From Candidatus Krumholzibacteriia bacterium (lineage in GTDB: Bacteria; Krumholzibacteriota; Krumholzibacteriia; WVZY01): 37,805 bases of DNA. The DNA is taken from contig JAZGDW010000040.1 of NCBI GenBank assembly GCA_036478295.1, positions 1 to 37,805 of the forward strand, read 5' to 3'. Within the stretch, counting starts at the first letter, position 1, and the number at the start of each line of letters is the position of its first letter. Shown in pieces: positions 7,684 through 18,024 of the stretch. The translations under genes and the position numbers were made by a program. The notes below the pieces were generated by a model. That model had not been told where the DNA came from. It saw only the letters and a program-made list of their open reading frames with translations, and did no database searches.

Positions 7684-10260
7684 ATGATTGGTCGAACCGT
7701 TAATCGCTACAAGATCACCGCAAAGATCGGCGAGGGTGGAATGGGTGCCGTGTGGAAGGCCGAGGATCCCCTCCTCGGGCGAACCATCGCGGTCAAGTTC
7801 CTCGCTGCATCGCTTGCGGACTCCCCCGACGCCCGGCAAAGGCTCATGCGCGAAGCACGGGCCGCATCTGTTCTACATCATCCCGGAATCGCCACGATCT
7901 TCGACGCCGGTGAAGTGGACGACCAGGTCTACATCGCGATGCACTTTGTCGAAGGGGTGACGCTTCGCGACCGCATGGCCCACGGTTCACTCGCCCTGGA
8001 CGAAGCGCGGCGCATCGCGATCGAAGCCTGCGACGCGCTCGGGCACGCCCATTCCAAAGGAATCCTCCACCGTGACGTGACCGCACGCAACATCATGGTT
8101 GAGAACGATGGGCGGGTCGTCATCGTTGATTTCGGGCTTGCCCTTCCCGAAGGTGCGACACGTGTCACACGATCCGGTGTGGCGGTGGGTACCCTTGCCT
8201 ACATGGCGCCCGAGGTATTCAAGGGAGAATCCTCCGACCGCCGTTCCGATCTCTACAGCCTGGGCGTGTGCCTCTATGAAATGCTCGCCGGCCGACCGCC
8301 GTTCCAGGCCGAGCAAGAGGCGGCGCTGACCTATCTGGCGGTGCATGAAGATCCGGAGCCGCCGAGCGCGTTCCGGTCTGAGATTCCACCGGCGCTCGAT
8401 CAGGTCGTTTTAAAAGCCCTTGCCAAAGATCCCGCCGTGCGCTACCAGACCGCCGAAGAGTTCAAGGCGGATCTCGAAGCGGGCTTCGTCGCCGCGCCCG
8501 CAGCGAGGACACTGGAGAGCGCAGCAGCCGCCGAAACGGCGACACCGGGCGTCGAACGACCTCTTCCGGCTGTGAGCCCTGCGCCGGCTCCCGCGGTGCC
8601 CCCACCTCCCACGCCCATGTGGCGCCGCCGGGCGTTCCTGTTGAGCCTGGCCGTTGCGCTCGTTATTGCAGTTGGGGTTTTGTGGGTGACCGGAATCCTC
8701 CAACCCGACGGGACAACCACGCTTGTTTCGCTTGCCGTGCTTCCGCTCCAGGACATGAGCACCGTTCCCGACTCGACGGATTATATTGCATTCGCAATCG
8801 GCGAATCACTCGTTACCAAGCTCACGCAGATTGTGAGTTTCCAGGTCCTCCCGTGGAAAAGCACCAGCCGTCTCGCGGATGCCTCGCAACTCTCGGACTA
8901 CAAGGATGTGGCTGCAGCACTCGGTGTTGACATGCTGATGACGGGCACGCTAAGGCGCGTGGGCGGTCGTACCCAGGGAACGGTCAACCTGATCGACGGA
9001 AAATCCGGATTTCAGATTTGGGCCACGGAATTCAATGAGCCCGCGACGAGATTCGACCTGTTTGGAGTCCCGCGGGCCATCGCCCTCGGTGCTGCTGCGC
9101 AGCTCAAAGGGGAATTAACAGGCGACGAGGAAGCGGTGCTGGCTCGGGACCCTTCAAAAAGCCCGGAGGCATACGAACTCTACGCGCGTGGCTCTGAGCT
9201 GCTTCACCGGGGGGATCAGTCCTCCCAGCGACTGGCTCTCGAGCTCTTTGAGAGGGCGACAGAACTCGACCCGGATCTGGAGGTTGCGTACATCGGAATC
9301 GGCGCCGTCCAGACGGAGCGCTACTTTTTTGGCTGGGAAGGTGGCACAAGAAACCTGGCGGATGCTGAAAGGAATTTTCAAAAAGCGCTCGAAGTCAATC
9401 GTCTATCGGTGCAGGCAAGACGCGGGTTGATTCGGGTTTACTGGGAACAAACCAGGCTTGAAGAGGTACTCGATCTTGGCCAGGAGATTGCCCTTCTCGC
9501 CGGGCCGAACGCCGTCGAGGCGCTCGCAGGTCGCGGAGAGGCCTACATGTTCGGGACGTTGCCGGAGAAAGCCGTTCCCATTTTTGAGCGGGTCATCGAA
9601 CTCGACCCGAGAAACCAGGGCGCCGCATGGTTTCTCGTTTTCGCACACCTCTGGGCGACGCAGTACGAAGCTACACTGGATGCGGGAGAGAGATATTTTG
9701 ACACCTTCGGAGACGATCCCGAGATGCATCACTGGGTAGCGGTCGCCTACATGTACCTCGAGGAGTTCGAGCCGGCCCGGATTCATTTTGAGCGCTCAAT
9801 CGATCTGTTACCGGAAGGGGCGGGGACGTATTACCACATGCGGTTCGGTGAACTCTACTACAAAACGGGTGAGACCGAGATCGCCCGCGAGGTGTGGACT
9901 CGTGGTCTGAGGATCGTCGAGAAAAAGGTCCGGCTCGATCCGGATAATGTCAGAATGCGAAGTCTGTTGGCCTGGTACTATGCCGCGGTGCACGACAGAG
10001 AACACTATGAACAGGAAGCGTCTGCCTGTCTCAGGTTGGCCCCTGATGACGGAGGTGTTCTCGCGCAACTGGGCGAAGCAGAAACCCTTTTTGGCGCTTT
10101 GGAACAAGGTGTCGCGCTGCTTCGAAGAGGTCTTGCGGCGGGCTGTCGTTGGGATCCGCAGGACCTAGCAGAGCTGAGCATGGGGGAATCTTCGCCACTC
10201 ATCGAGGAATTCAAGGCGGAAGCCGCGCGGGAGCATGCGCGCCTGCTGGCGAAGTACTAG
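7684..10260 (+). CDS. Membrane Hanks-type protein kinase with TolB-N-like and TPR extracytoplasmic region
   Basis: GEGGMGAV, VKF, HRDVTARN, DFG, GTLAYMAPE, DLYSLG; Pro/Ala linker, TM helix, LAVLPL domain, TPRs (AAELDP-type repeats). Confidence 0.92.
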   Translation: MIGRTVNRYKITAKIGEGGMGAVWKAEDPLLGRTIAVKFLAASLADSPDARQRLMREARAASVLHHPGIATIFDAGEVDDQVYIAMHFVEGVTLRDRMAHGSLALDEARRIAIEACDALGHAHSKGILHRDVTARNIMVENDGRVVIVDFGLALPEGATRVTRSGVAVGTLAYMAPEVFKGESSDRRSDLYSLGVCLYEMLAGRPPFQAEQEAALTYLAVHEDPEPPSAFRSEIPPALDQVVLKALAKDPAVRYQTAEEFKADLEAGFVAAPAARTLESAAAAETATPGVERPLPAVSPAPAPAVPPPPTPMWRRRAFLLSLAVALVIAVGVLWVTGILQPDGTTTLVSLAVLPLQDMSTVPDSTDYIAFAIGESLVTKLTQIVSFQVLPWKSTSRLADASQLSDYKDVAAALGVDMLMTGTLRRVGGRTQGTVNLIDGKSGFQIWATEFNEPATRFDLFGVPRAIALGAAAQLKGELTGDEEAVLARDPSKSPEAYELYARGSELLHRGDQSSQRLALELFERATELDPDLEVAYIGIGAVQTERYFFGWEGGTRNLADAERNFQKALEVNRLSVQARRGLIRVYWEQTRLEEVLDLGQEIALLAGPNAVEALAGRGEAYMFGTLPEKAVPIFERVIELDPRNQGAAWFLVFAHLWATQYEATLDAGERYFDTFGDDPEMHHWVAVAYMYLEEFEPARIHFERSIDLLPEGAGTYYHMRFGELYYKTGETEIAREVWTRGLRIVEKKVRLDPDNVRMRSLLAWYYAAVHDREHYEQEASACLRLAPDDGGVLAQLGEAETLFGALEQGVALLRRGLAAGCRWDPQDLAELSMGESSPLIEEFKAEAAREHARLLAKY

Positions 10261-10289
10261 ACGGTTCTCGAGCGTCCCGCCACGCGCTC

Positions 10290-10318
10290 TTGACAGCGGG
10301 GAGCATGTCGTCTATGGT
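10290..10318 (+). promoter_or_regulatory. sigma70-type promoter
   Basis: TTGACA-17 bp-TATGGT, 30 bp upstream of ATG 10349 (RBS GGGGGAG). Confidence 0.6.
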
Positions 10319-10348
10319 GTTAACAGATTCACAAATGGGGGAGTTCCT

Positions 10349-10897
10349 ATGAAACGCCTGACCTTCTCGTTTCTCGTGCTCGTCATTCTCTCCTCAGTGA
10401 CCTCGCCTGGGTATCCGTGCGGTGATAAATTTCTCGTCAATAGCAAGTGCCTGAAGCCACGTAACATGCTGACGGCTCAGCGCCCCGGTGTCATTCTCCT
10501 CTACCGGAATCCCGCTTCCGAACTGACCCCGTCGGTCTTGAAGGACGACCTGATCGGCCGTCTCGAGCAAGCCGGACATGATGTGACCGTCGTGGAGACG
10601 ATCGAGGCGGTCGAAAAAGAACTGGCCACCGATCGGTACGATATCGTCGTCGGTGATATTGCAGACGCCGGCGTTCTCGATGGGGGAACCGGTGATCGCA
10701 CGTCCTTGCCCCTCTTCCTGCCAATCATGGACAAGAAGGCTCCCAAGAACGAGAGGAGCGCCGCCAGGGAACAGTACGGCAGCCTGCTTAAGGCTCCGGG
10801 CAGGCTAAGTACCACGATGCTTCTCATTGACGGGACAGTCCGGAAAGCTCGGGAAGCGCGTTCAGTGTCCGGTCCCTCTCGGCCTGCAACCCCCTAG
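10349..10897 (+). CDS. Secreted hypothetical protein with receiver-like alpha/beta pattern
   Basis: Signal peptide MKRLTFSFLVLVIL..., CGDKFL after the predicted cleavage site, LEQAGHDVTVVET...YDIVVGD. Confidence 0.75.
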   Translation: MKRLTFSFLVLVILSSVTSPGYPCGDKFLVNSKCLKPRNMLTAQRPGVILLYRNPASELTPSVLKDDLIGRLEQAGHDVTVVETIEAVEKELATDRYDIVVGDIADAGVLDGGTGDRTSLPLFLPIMDKKAPKNERSAAREQYGSLLKAPGRLSTTMLLIDGTVRKAREARSVSGPSRPATP

Positions 10898-11041
10898 TTC
10901 TTGGGCCCACAGGACCGATCTCGAAGATTCCACAGATTGAGAGTTACGTGATTATCGCCGTCCAAATGCCGGCAACAAAGACCTGCGTGTGTTCGTAGGT
11001 ATTAGTCAGTACGGCTTACGGCGTTTTTCATTTCACAAACC

Positions 11042-11809
11042 ATGACGGTGCCCAACATGCCTGCCCGACCGCATGCGATTTCCACGGCCTTCTGGACCTA
11101 TGTCATCCCGATGACCGCGACGCGCGCCATGAAGGTCGGCGTGGCGCTCTTTTTGTTGTTCATCGTCTCCGCGATGCTCCTCTTCATGAGCGGGTACTTC
11201 GCCTCCTGGGCGGGGACCAGTGCCCTGGTCGGCATGCGCCACTTTCTGGTCATGATCGGTGTGCCGGTGGCGGCGGTGTTGCTCTCGGAGATGCCGATCA
11301 GAGACGGAATCACCCATCGCACGCTACTCTACCCCTTGCTCGGTCCCGTACCTCGGGTCACGCTGGCGGTGGTACGGACTCTGGTCGCCGGCGCCACCGT
11401 CGCCCTGGCGGCGGGGTTTTTGCTGCTTCTCGTTCGCGTGCTCTTGCGCGACGGCTTCGGGTTTCTGCCCCGCGAACTGCTGTCGGTCACCCTGGGCGGG
11501 TTTGCCTATGTCGCCATGTTCGGGTTCGTCCACCTCTATAGTAGAAGAGGACTCATCATGAGTATCATTGTCCTCTTTATGTTCGATATGCCGCTGGGCA
11601 GGGTTCCGTTTTCACTACGCAATATCTCACCGTCCTATCACATGGGTGTGATCGCGAACCAGCAGGAGAACATGGAACTACCGATCCGGTTCGGACTGCC
11701 CGAGACCTCGGTCGTCATGTCCGGTTTGATTCTGCTCGGTATTGCCCTGGTCTTTGTCGCAGCCATCGCCGTCGGATTCCGGCGTAAGAACCTCAGCGAA
11801 CTGTGTTAA
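11042..11809 (+). CDS. ABC-2-type transporter permease
   Basis: About six hydrophobic segments; TLLYPLLGPVPR motif typical of ABC-2 permeases; first gene of an ABC operon. Confidence 0.75.
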   Translation: MTVPNMPARPHAISTAFWTYVIPMTATRAMKVGVALFLLFIVSAMLLFMSGYFASWAGTSALVGMRHFLVMIGVPVAAVLLSEMPIRDGITHRTLLYPLLGPVPRVTLAVVRTLVAGATVALAAGFLLLLVRVLLRDGFGFLPRELLSVTLGGFAYVAMFGFVHLYSRRGLIMSIIVLFMFDMPLGRVPFSLRNISPSYHMGVIANQQENMELPIRFGLPETSVVMSGLILLGIALVFVAAIAVGFRRKNLSELC

Positions 11810-11825
11810 AACGGGAGCCCGATCG

Positions 11826-12752
11826 ATGAACGAACCGTGGATCCGGCTGGACAACGTGCGCCTCTCGCGGGGAGGACGCCTCGTCCTAAAGGGGATCAGC
11901 TCTGAACTGTCAGGCCGCGCGATTGGTCTGGTGGGTGCGAACGGTTCGGGAAAGTCGACCCTGATCGGCGCCTTGCTCGGTGTACTCAAGGCCGAGTCCG
12001 GGTCGATCCGGGTGCTTGGCCTGGACGTGCCGCGTATGGCCATGGAGGTCCGGGCGCGGGCCGGTGTCATGGCCGAGCAGGCAGGTGTCTTTCCCGGCGG
12101 GTCGGGTGTGGATGCGGTGGTATTCGCCGGCATGCTCAGCGGACTCTCGCGCCGCGAGGCGCTCCGCAAGGCGCACCGGGCACTGGACGCACTCGATGTG
12201 GGGGAGGAACGCTACCGTCCCGTACGCGGCTACTCCACCGGGATGCGGCAGCGCTGCAAGCTGGCCATGAGCCTTGTGCACGATCCGGAGATCCTCATCC
12301 TGGACGAGCCGACGGTGGGCCTCGACCCGCCAGGCCGCGCGCAGCTTCTTAGTCTCATTCGGGACCTGCGGGACGAGGGCCGGCGCATCCTGATCAGCAC
12401 TCACATCATGCAGGACGCGGACTTTCTCTGCGACGAGCTCCTGCTGCTGGAGGACGGATCCCAGGCGTACTGCGGGCCGGTCGGCGATCTGGTCGGCACC
12501 GGCATGGGGATCATGGTGGCCGTCGGCGTCGGGCTGGACGAGGCCTTCGCCGAGGCCCTCGGGCAACACGGGTACGCCATTCGCGAGCAGGACGAGCAGC
12601 GCATCACCTTCGAACCGAACGACGATCGGGAGCTTCGTGTGTTCTGGCAGTTGGCCGCCGAGCGGGGGGCCGAGGTGCGCTCGCTCGGTCGCGACCTGCC
12701 GACGCTGGAAGACGCGGTGGTCGGCGCCATGGAGAACCCACATGAACGGTGA
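11826..12752 (+). CDS. ABC transporter ATP-binding protein
   Basis: Walker [10 protein letters not shown], signature YSTGMRQR, Walker [10 protein letters not shown]-loop STH. Confidence 0.93.
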   Translation: MNEPWIRLDNVRLSRGGRLVLKGISSELSGRAIGLVGANGSGKSTLIGALLGVLKAESGSIRVLGLDVPRMAMEVRARAGVMAEQAGVFPGGSGVDAVVFAGMLSGLSRREALRKAHRALDALDVGEERYRPVRGYSTGMRQRCKLAMSLVHDPEILILDEPTVGLDPPGRAQLLSLIRDLRDEGRRILISTHIMQDADFLCDELLLLEDGSQAYCGPVGDLVGTGMGIMVAVGVGLDEAFAEALGQHGYAIREQDEQRITFEPNDDRELRVFWQLAAERGAEVRSLGRDLPTLEDAVVGAMENPHER

Positions 12753-13533
12753 ACTGAGGGCACCGTCATCGGTGCAGGTCATCGCCGCAATCGCCCGCCG
12801 CGAGATCGTTGTCGCGCTGCGGCGCCGGCTGGTCAAGCTGCTCTTCCTGGCCAATCTTATGCCCCCGATCATCATGGCCGTGATCCTGGTCGTCACCATG
12901 TTGGCACGCAAGGCGGGACTCGTGGATCTGGGATGGGACCCCCTGCTCCGGCTGCTCGAGATACAAGTCGGACCCGTCCTGCTGCTGGCTCTCGGTATCG
13001 GTACGCCGCTGATAGCTCGCGATCGGAGCGAGGAAGTACTTTTCCTCTACGCCACCCGTCCGGTCACACCCTGGTCCTACACATTGGGCAAGATGATTGC
13101 GGTCGCGCTGCCCGCGGCCGCGCTGCTCGTCGTTCCCGGAATCCTCATCTGCATCCTGCGCCAGGGTCTGATCGAAGATTTCGGGACCATGGATTCGGTC
13201 GCCTTGATGGGCAAGGTTGTGCTCGTCGCGGTCCTCATGGCCTGGGGGTACGCCGGCGTTTCCGTCGGACCGAGTGCGGCGACCAAAAAAGCAAGATGGG
13301 CGCTTCTGCTGGCCTTCCTGTGCATTTCCATTCCTAATGTTGTGTCACAGATCATCTGGGGCAACGGCGGTTACGCGCTCGATGCCGCGCACGCCGTCGA
13401 GGACCTGCTCTACACGCTCATCGAAGGTGGTCTCACCACGTACGGCGTAGTGGGGGCGGTAACACTCGTCGTCTGGGGGTCATTGGGTGCGCTGGTGACG
13501 GCAACTCGCGTGCGCCGGGAGATGACGCCATGA
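12742..13533 (+). CDS. ABC-2-type transporter permease
   Basis: LIARDR..LFLYATRPVT..YTLGK motif; multiple TM segments; overlaps both neighbours. Confidence 0.82.
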   Translation: MNGELRAPSSVQVIAAIARREIVVALRRRLVKLLFLANLMPPIIMAVILVVTMLARKAGLVDLGWDPLLRLLEIQVGPVLLLALGIGTPLIARDRSEEVLFLYATRPVTPWSYTLGKMIAVALPAAALLVVPGILICILRQGLIEDFGTMDSVALMGKVVLVAVLMAWGYAGVSVGPSAATKKARWALLLAFLCISIPNVVSQIIWGNGGYALDAAHAVEDLLYTLIEGGLTTYGVVGAVTLVVWGSLGALVTATRVRREMTP

Positions 13534-14528
13534 GTGAGACACGCACGCCTTCGCAATCCGGCAGGCCCAATCCTGCCGGCGGCCACGCGGACGCGAAAGT
13601 CGTACTCGACGGGGTGAGCGTCTTCTACGGGGAAGTCGTAGGACTGAGCAAGGTTGATCTCGAACTGCGACCGGGGATCACGGGCATCGTCGGCCCAAAC
13701 GGAAGCGGCAAGACGACGATGATGCGCACCCTGGTCGGCCTCATCGATCCCGTGGAGGGGAGCGCCCGGGTACTGGGGCGCTCGCCGTTTCTGGATGCTG
13801 AGGTACGCTCGGCCATCACCCTGGTTCCCGCGAGCGAGAGTTTCTATCCCGGGCTATCGGGGCGGCGAAACCTCGAAGTCGCTTTTATGGCCCGGGGGCA
13901 CGACCGCATGGCGGCCCGGGACCTGGCGCAGCGCGGGTTGGAGCTGGTCAGCCTCGTGGAGGACGGCGGCCGCCGCTTCGGTACCTGGTCGCGCGGCATG
14001 CGACAACGGCTCAAGCTAGGGCTTGCTCTTGCGGGCGACTCGGAGGTGGTGCTGCTCGATGAGCCCTTCCTCGGTGTCGATCCGCCGAACCGAAAGGCCC
14101 TGCGCACTCACGTCAAGGCGCTTGGTGACGAAGGGCGTACGGTGCTGGTTTCTTCACACGTGCTCCATGACGTCGAAGTATTGACCGACCTCGTGGGCGT
14201 GCTCGCGCACGGACGGCTCCTCGGGTTCGGCAAGGTGCACGAGCTCGTTCACAAGATTCGCGACGATCACCCCCATCGCGTGGTCTTGCAGGTCGACGAT
14301 CCCCGCAAGCTGGGAAAGGCGCTGCTCGGTCTCTCGCACATCCGGGAACTCAAGCTGGTGGGCGAGGAAGCGCTGGAGTTCGTAACGGTTCGCCCGGACG
14401 CCGCCTACCGGGAGCTGCCACGGCTGGTTGTGGAATCCGGGGTCGTGGTGCGCCGTGTGGAGTCTCTGGACCACTCGCTGGAAGCGGTGTTCACCCACAT
14501 CACCGCGGCGGGAACCCGCCGGCTTTGA
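13530..14528 (+). CDS. ABC transporter ATP-binding protein
   Basis: GPNGSGKTT, WSRGMRQR, VLLDEP, SSH, C-terminal SLEAVF; ATGA overlap with the upstream gene. Confidence 0.93.
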   Translation: MSETRTPSQSGRPNPAGGHADAKVVLDGVSVFYGEVVGLSKVDLELRPGITGIVGPNGSGKTTMMRTLVGLIDPVEGSARVLGRSPFLDAEVRSAITLVPASESFYPGLSGRRNLEVAFMARGHDRMAARDLAQRGLELVSLVEDGGRRFGTWSRGMRQRLKLGLALAGDSEVVLLDEPFLGVDPPNRKALRTHVKALGDEGRTVLVSSHVLHDVEVLTDLVGVLAHGRLLGFGKVHELVHKIRDDHPHRVVLQVDDPRKLGKALLGLSHIRELKLVGEEALEFVTVRPDAAYRELPRLVVESGVVVRRVESLDHSLEAVFTHITAAGTRRL

Positions 14529-14726
14529 CCTGCACACGCGGGAGGCGCCGGGTTAGAGTCTCGCTGCCTCCACCAGTCTTTTCCACTGCTTCGTATCGAA
14601 CGTGATAAAACAAGACCTTGTGTCGTAGCGACTTAGTGGGTATGATAACGCGGTTATGCATCTCACTCCAGGAACCAAATGCGAGGCGTCGGCGGTACAG
14701 CTCGTGAGCGACTGGATGGGAACGCA

Positions 14727-17700
14727 ATGATCGGCAAGACACTGTTGCATTACGAGATCGTCGAGAAGCTCGGTGAGGGTGGTATGGGGGAGGTGTATCG
14801 CGCCCGCGACTCCAAACTGGGCCGCGACGTCGCCCTAAAGATCCTGCCCCAGGAAATGTCTCGAGACCCCGAGCGTCGCAAACGCTTCGAGCGCGAGGCA
14901 CGAGTGATTGCAGCGCTCAAACATCCCAACATTGTCACGATTCACTCGGTTGAGGAAGTAGACGATCGCCTCTTTCTCACGATGGAACTGGTCGAGGGCA
15001 AAACTCTCCGCGAGTTGATCCCGGAAGAGGGAGTGTCTCTCGGGATGCTGTTCTCCGTTGCCGTTCCCTTGGTGGATGCAGTGTGTAGCGCACACGCCAA
15101 GGGTATTACACATCGGGATCTCAAACCGGCAAATGTCATGCTGGACGACGAGGGACGGCTCAAGGTACTCGACTTCGGGCTTGCCAAACTCTTTCAGGAG
15201 GCAAAAGGCATCGAAGACGCCAAGACCGTGGGTTTGGATACCGACACGCAGGAAGGTCGCATCCTTGGAACCGTCGCGTATATGTCCCCCGAGCAGGTCG
15301 AGGGCAAGGCGCTCGATGGACGCTCGGATATTTTTTCGCTCGGGATCCTTTTCTATGAAATGGCGACGGGACGGCGGCCCTTCGGTGGCGACACCAACAT
15401 CTCGACGATTTCATCGATTCTCAAGGACACGCCGCCGCCGGTGACCGAGATACGGCAGAGGCTCCCGTATCATTTGGGCCGGATCATCCGGCGTTGTCTG
15501 TCCAAGGAGCCGAATCGGCGCTACCAGTCCGCCTTGGATCTTCGGAACGATTTGCAAGAGCTGGCGGAGGAAGTCGATTCCGGAGATGTCGCAGTCGATG
15601 GAGGAGAGACCGCTGGAGTGAGCAGTGTGACAACCGGCACGGCAAGTGCGGGCATCCAGAAACCGATCTCCAGCGATTCGATCGTCTTGCCGGGAACGAA
15701 GAGCACCTACCGCCGTATTCTGGGTTTGGTCGGACTTGCCGTTGTGGCGGCAATCGTCATTGGTTTTGTGGTTAAACGGTTGCCGGACAACTCCAGGACC
15801 GGGTCGGCGGCAGTCGTCACCGGTGAGAAGGCGACACTGGCGGTCATCGGGTTCGAGAATCTCAGCGATCCGGAGGACACGGAAAACCTCGGCCGTGTAT
15901 TGATGGGTCTCGTAACCACGGGGCTTGCCGAATCTGGAGGGCTCAAGGTCGCCTCGACGGCGAAGGTTCTCGCCGCGCGTCGTCAGGTCGGAGCGGGGGA
16001 CCGTGTGTTCGATGCGTCGCTGGCGCCTGCCGCGGCACGGGATGCCGGAGCCGACGTCATGCTCGTCGGCCAGGTGATTCGTGACGGGGAACGGATGATC
16101 CTCACCGCGGAGCTCGTCGATGTGACGTCGGGGAACGCCCTCGGTTCTTTCAAGAAGCAAGCGGCCTCGAGTTCCGAACTCTTCGAGCTGGCGGGCGCGA
16201 TCGCCCGCGATGTTCGTGACCTGATGGGTGTGACAGACGACGAGGGGACGTCGAGCGATTTCGATCTCGCCCAGTCGCTCACGGACTCTCCCGAGGCGTA
16301 CCGGCACTACGCCGCCGGAGAAATGGCGTTGCACCAGGGTCAATACGACGAAGCGGCGGAACTGTTCGAACAGGCGATCAAGATCGATCGCTCTTTTGCG
16401 CTCGCGTATCTCCGCATCATGATGGCGTACACATGGAACGGAGAAACGGGCAAGGGGGTTGCCGCGATGAAGCTCGGCCTCCCTTATGTCGAGCGGCTAC
16501 CCGAACGCTGGCAGGTCGTCTATCAGGCGAATATCGACTACTATGACGACAATATCGATGCCGCGTATAAGAGGCTGATGCGGTTGATCGAATCGTCCCC
16601 GGACATTCCCGATGCCTACAACACGCTGGGCGAGATCACCACCCACCAATCGAAGTACACGGACATTCGACGCTCACGCGAGTACTTCGAGCGCGCGCTG
16701 GAGATCGATCCGACCTTCGAGGTGGTTTTTTTCCACTTAGTCGAAGATTACATCGCTGGCAACGACGTTCGGGCCCTGGAAAATCTGATTGCGCGATACC
16801 GCGATGCAAATCCGAACGATCCGAGGGTTGTGGATGCCGAACTCGCGCTTTTGGAGGCTCAGCACAAGTACGACGACGTCATCGCGCGGATCGACGACAA
16901 GATGCGTGAGGGGGATGTGACGCGCTGGACTCGAATGGCGCGGTGTCTCGAAGCGATCGGCGACTGGGATCGGGCTTTCGAGTTGAGCGCAGCGGCGGTT
17001 CAAAGGAACGAGAAAGGTTACAACCATGCCTTCGCGATCGATCGGAGAGGTAGCGCGCAGATCGGGCGTGGGAATATCGCAAAGGCGATGGCCGATTACG
17101 ACGCGGCGAGTGCCCACCTGGAAGCCATGGGGGCACCCGGTGGTTGGGCCGCCTCCATTGTGTGCTCTTACCGGATAAAACAAGCATTTGTTCTCACCCA
17201 CACCGGGGATTTGGATGGTGCGCTCGGGGCGGCACGGAAGGGCATCGAAGTCGACCCCCACAACACTTCGGCTTACCTTGCGCTTCTGCAGACGCTACTG
17301 AGGGCGGGTCGAACCGCCGAAGCCCAGGAGACATTACGTGATCTCCAGAAAGTACGGGAGGCGAACCAGAATCCGTCGGATGCGTTTGTTGTTTTGATGG
17401 CCGAGGCCGAGTGGGAGCGAGCCCAGGGAAACGCGGACAAGGCGCTCGAAGCGCTGCATCGAGCCGACACACTGCCCATCGAAACCCGCTACCCGTGGAC
17501 TCAGTGGTGGATCGAAGGTGATGTAATGGTCTTGCGAGGCGACCGTCAGGGAGCAATAAATGCATACCGGAAGATCGTCGAACCCGAGCCGTTTCTCGTT
17601 GGTCAACAAGCCGCTGGTGCGGCTTTTCGGATTCCATTTTACTACGAGCTCGCCCGCCTGGAGGAAGAGGCAGGACAGCTCGCCAAGGCGAGGCAGCACT

Positions 17701-17798
17701 ACAACGCCTATCTCGAGCACTGGGGAAACGCCGATGTCTCTATCCCCAAAGTCGACGACGCTCGCACACGGCTCGCGAAGCTGGGCGCGCAGATGTAG
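14727..17798 (+). CDS. Membrane Ser/Thr protein kinase with TolB-N-like and TPR region
   Basis: GEGGMGEV, VALK, HRDLKPAN, DFG, GTVAYMSPE; TM helix; LAVIGFEN domain; TPRs. Confidence 0.95.
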   Translation: MIGKTLLHYEIVEKLGEGGMGEVYRARDSKLGRDVALKILPQEMSRDPERRKRFEREARVIAALKHPNIVTIHSVEEVDDRLFLTMELVEGKTLRELIPEEGVSLGMLFSVAVPLVDAVCSAHAKGITHRDLKPANVMLDDEGRLKVLDFGLAKLFQEAKGIEDAKTVGLDTDTQEGRILGTVAYMSPEQVEGKALDGRSDIFSLGILFYEMATGRRPFGGDTNISTISSILKDTPPPVTEIRQRLPYHLGRIIRRCLSKEPNRRYQSALDLRNDLQELAEEVDSGDVAVDGGETAGVSSVTTGTASAGIQKPISSDSIVLPGTKSTYRRILGLVGLAVVAAIVIGFVVKRLPDNSRTGSAAVVTGEKATLAVIGFENLSDPEDTENLGRVLMGLVTTGLAESGGLKVASTAKVLAARRQVGAGDRVFDASLAPAAARDAGADVMLVGQVIRDGERMILTAELVDVTSGNALGSFKKQAASSSELFELAGAIARDVRDLMGVTDDEGTSSDFDLAQSLTDSPEAYRHYAAGEMALHQGQYDEAAELFEQAIKIDRSFALAYLRIMMAYTWNGETGKGVAAMKLGLPYVERLPERWQVVYQANIDYYDDNIDAAYKRLMRLIESSPDIPDAYNTLGEITTHQSKYTDIRRSREYFERALEIDPTFEVVFFHLVEDYIAGNDVRALENLIARYRDANPNDPRVVDAELALLEAQHKYDDVIARIDDKMREGDVTRWTRMARCLEAIGDWDRAFELSAAAVQRNEKGYNHAFAIDRRGSAQIGRGNIAKAMADYDAASAHLEAMGAPGGWAASIVCSYRIKQAFVLTHTGDLDGALGAARKGIEVDPHNTSAYLALLQTLLRAGRTAEAQETLRDLQKVREANQNPSDAFVVLMAEAEWERAQGNADKALEALHRADTLPIETRYPWTQWWIEGDVMVLRGDRQGAINAYRKIVEPEPFLVGQQAAGAAFRIPFYYELARLEEEAGQLAKARQHYNAYLEHWGNADVSIPKVDDARTRLAKLGAQM

Positions 17799-18024
17799 CG
17801 CAGCGGGGGCACACCTGGGGCACACAACGAAGTATCGTAAGTGCCCGGCAAGTGTTCAGGAACTGTCGTGTCTTTTGGCTTTGGTTTGGCGGGCGAACCG
17901 TCGCAACCTGATCTCGTGTAACAGTCTTGTATAGGATCTGTACGTGCGGTGCCGCTATTTCAGGATAGCTACTCGCTAAAATCCCTTGGGTTACCCCGTT
18001 AGCGCTGTGCTATCATCCCCTCCC

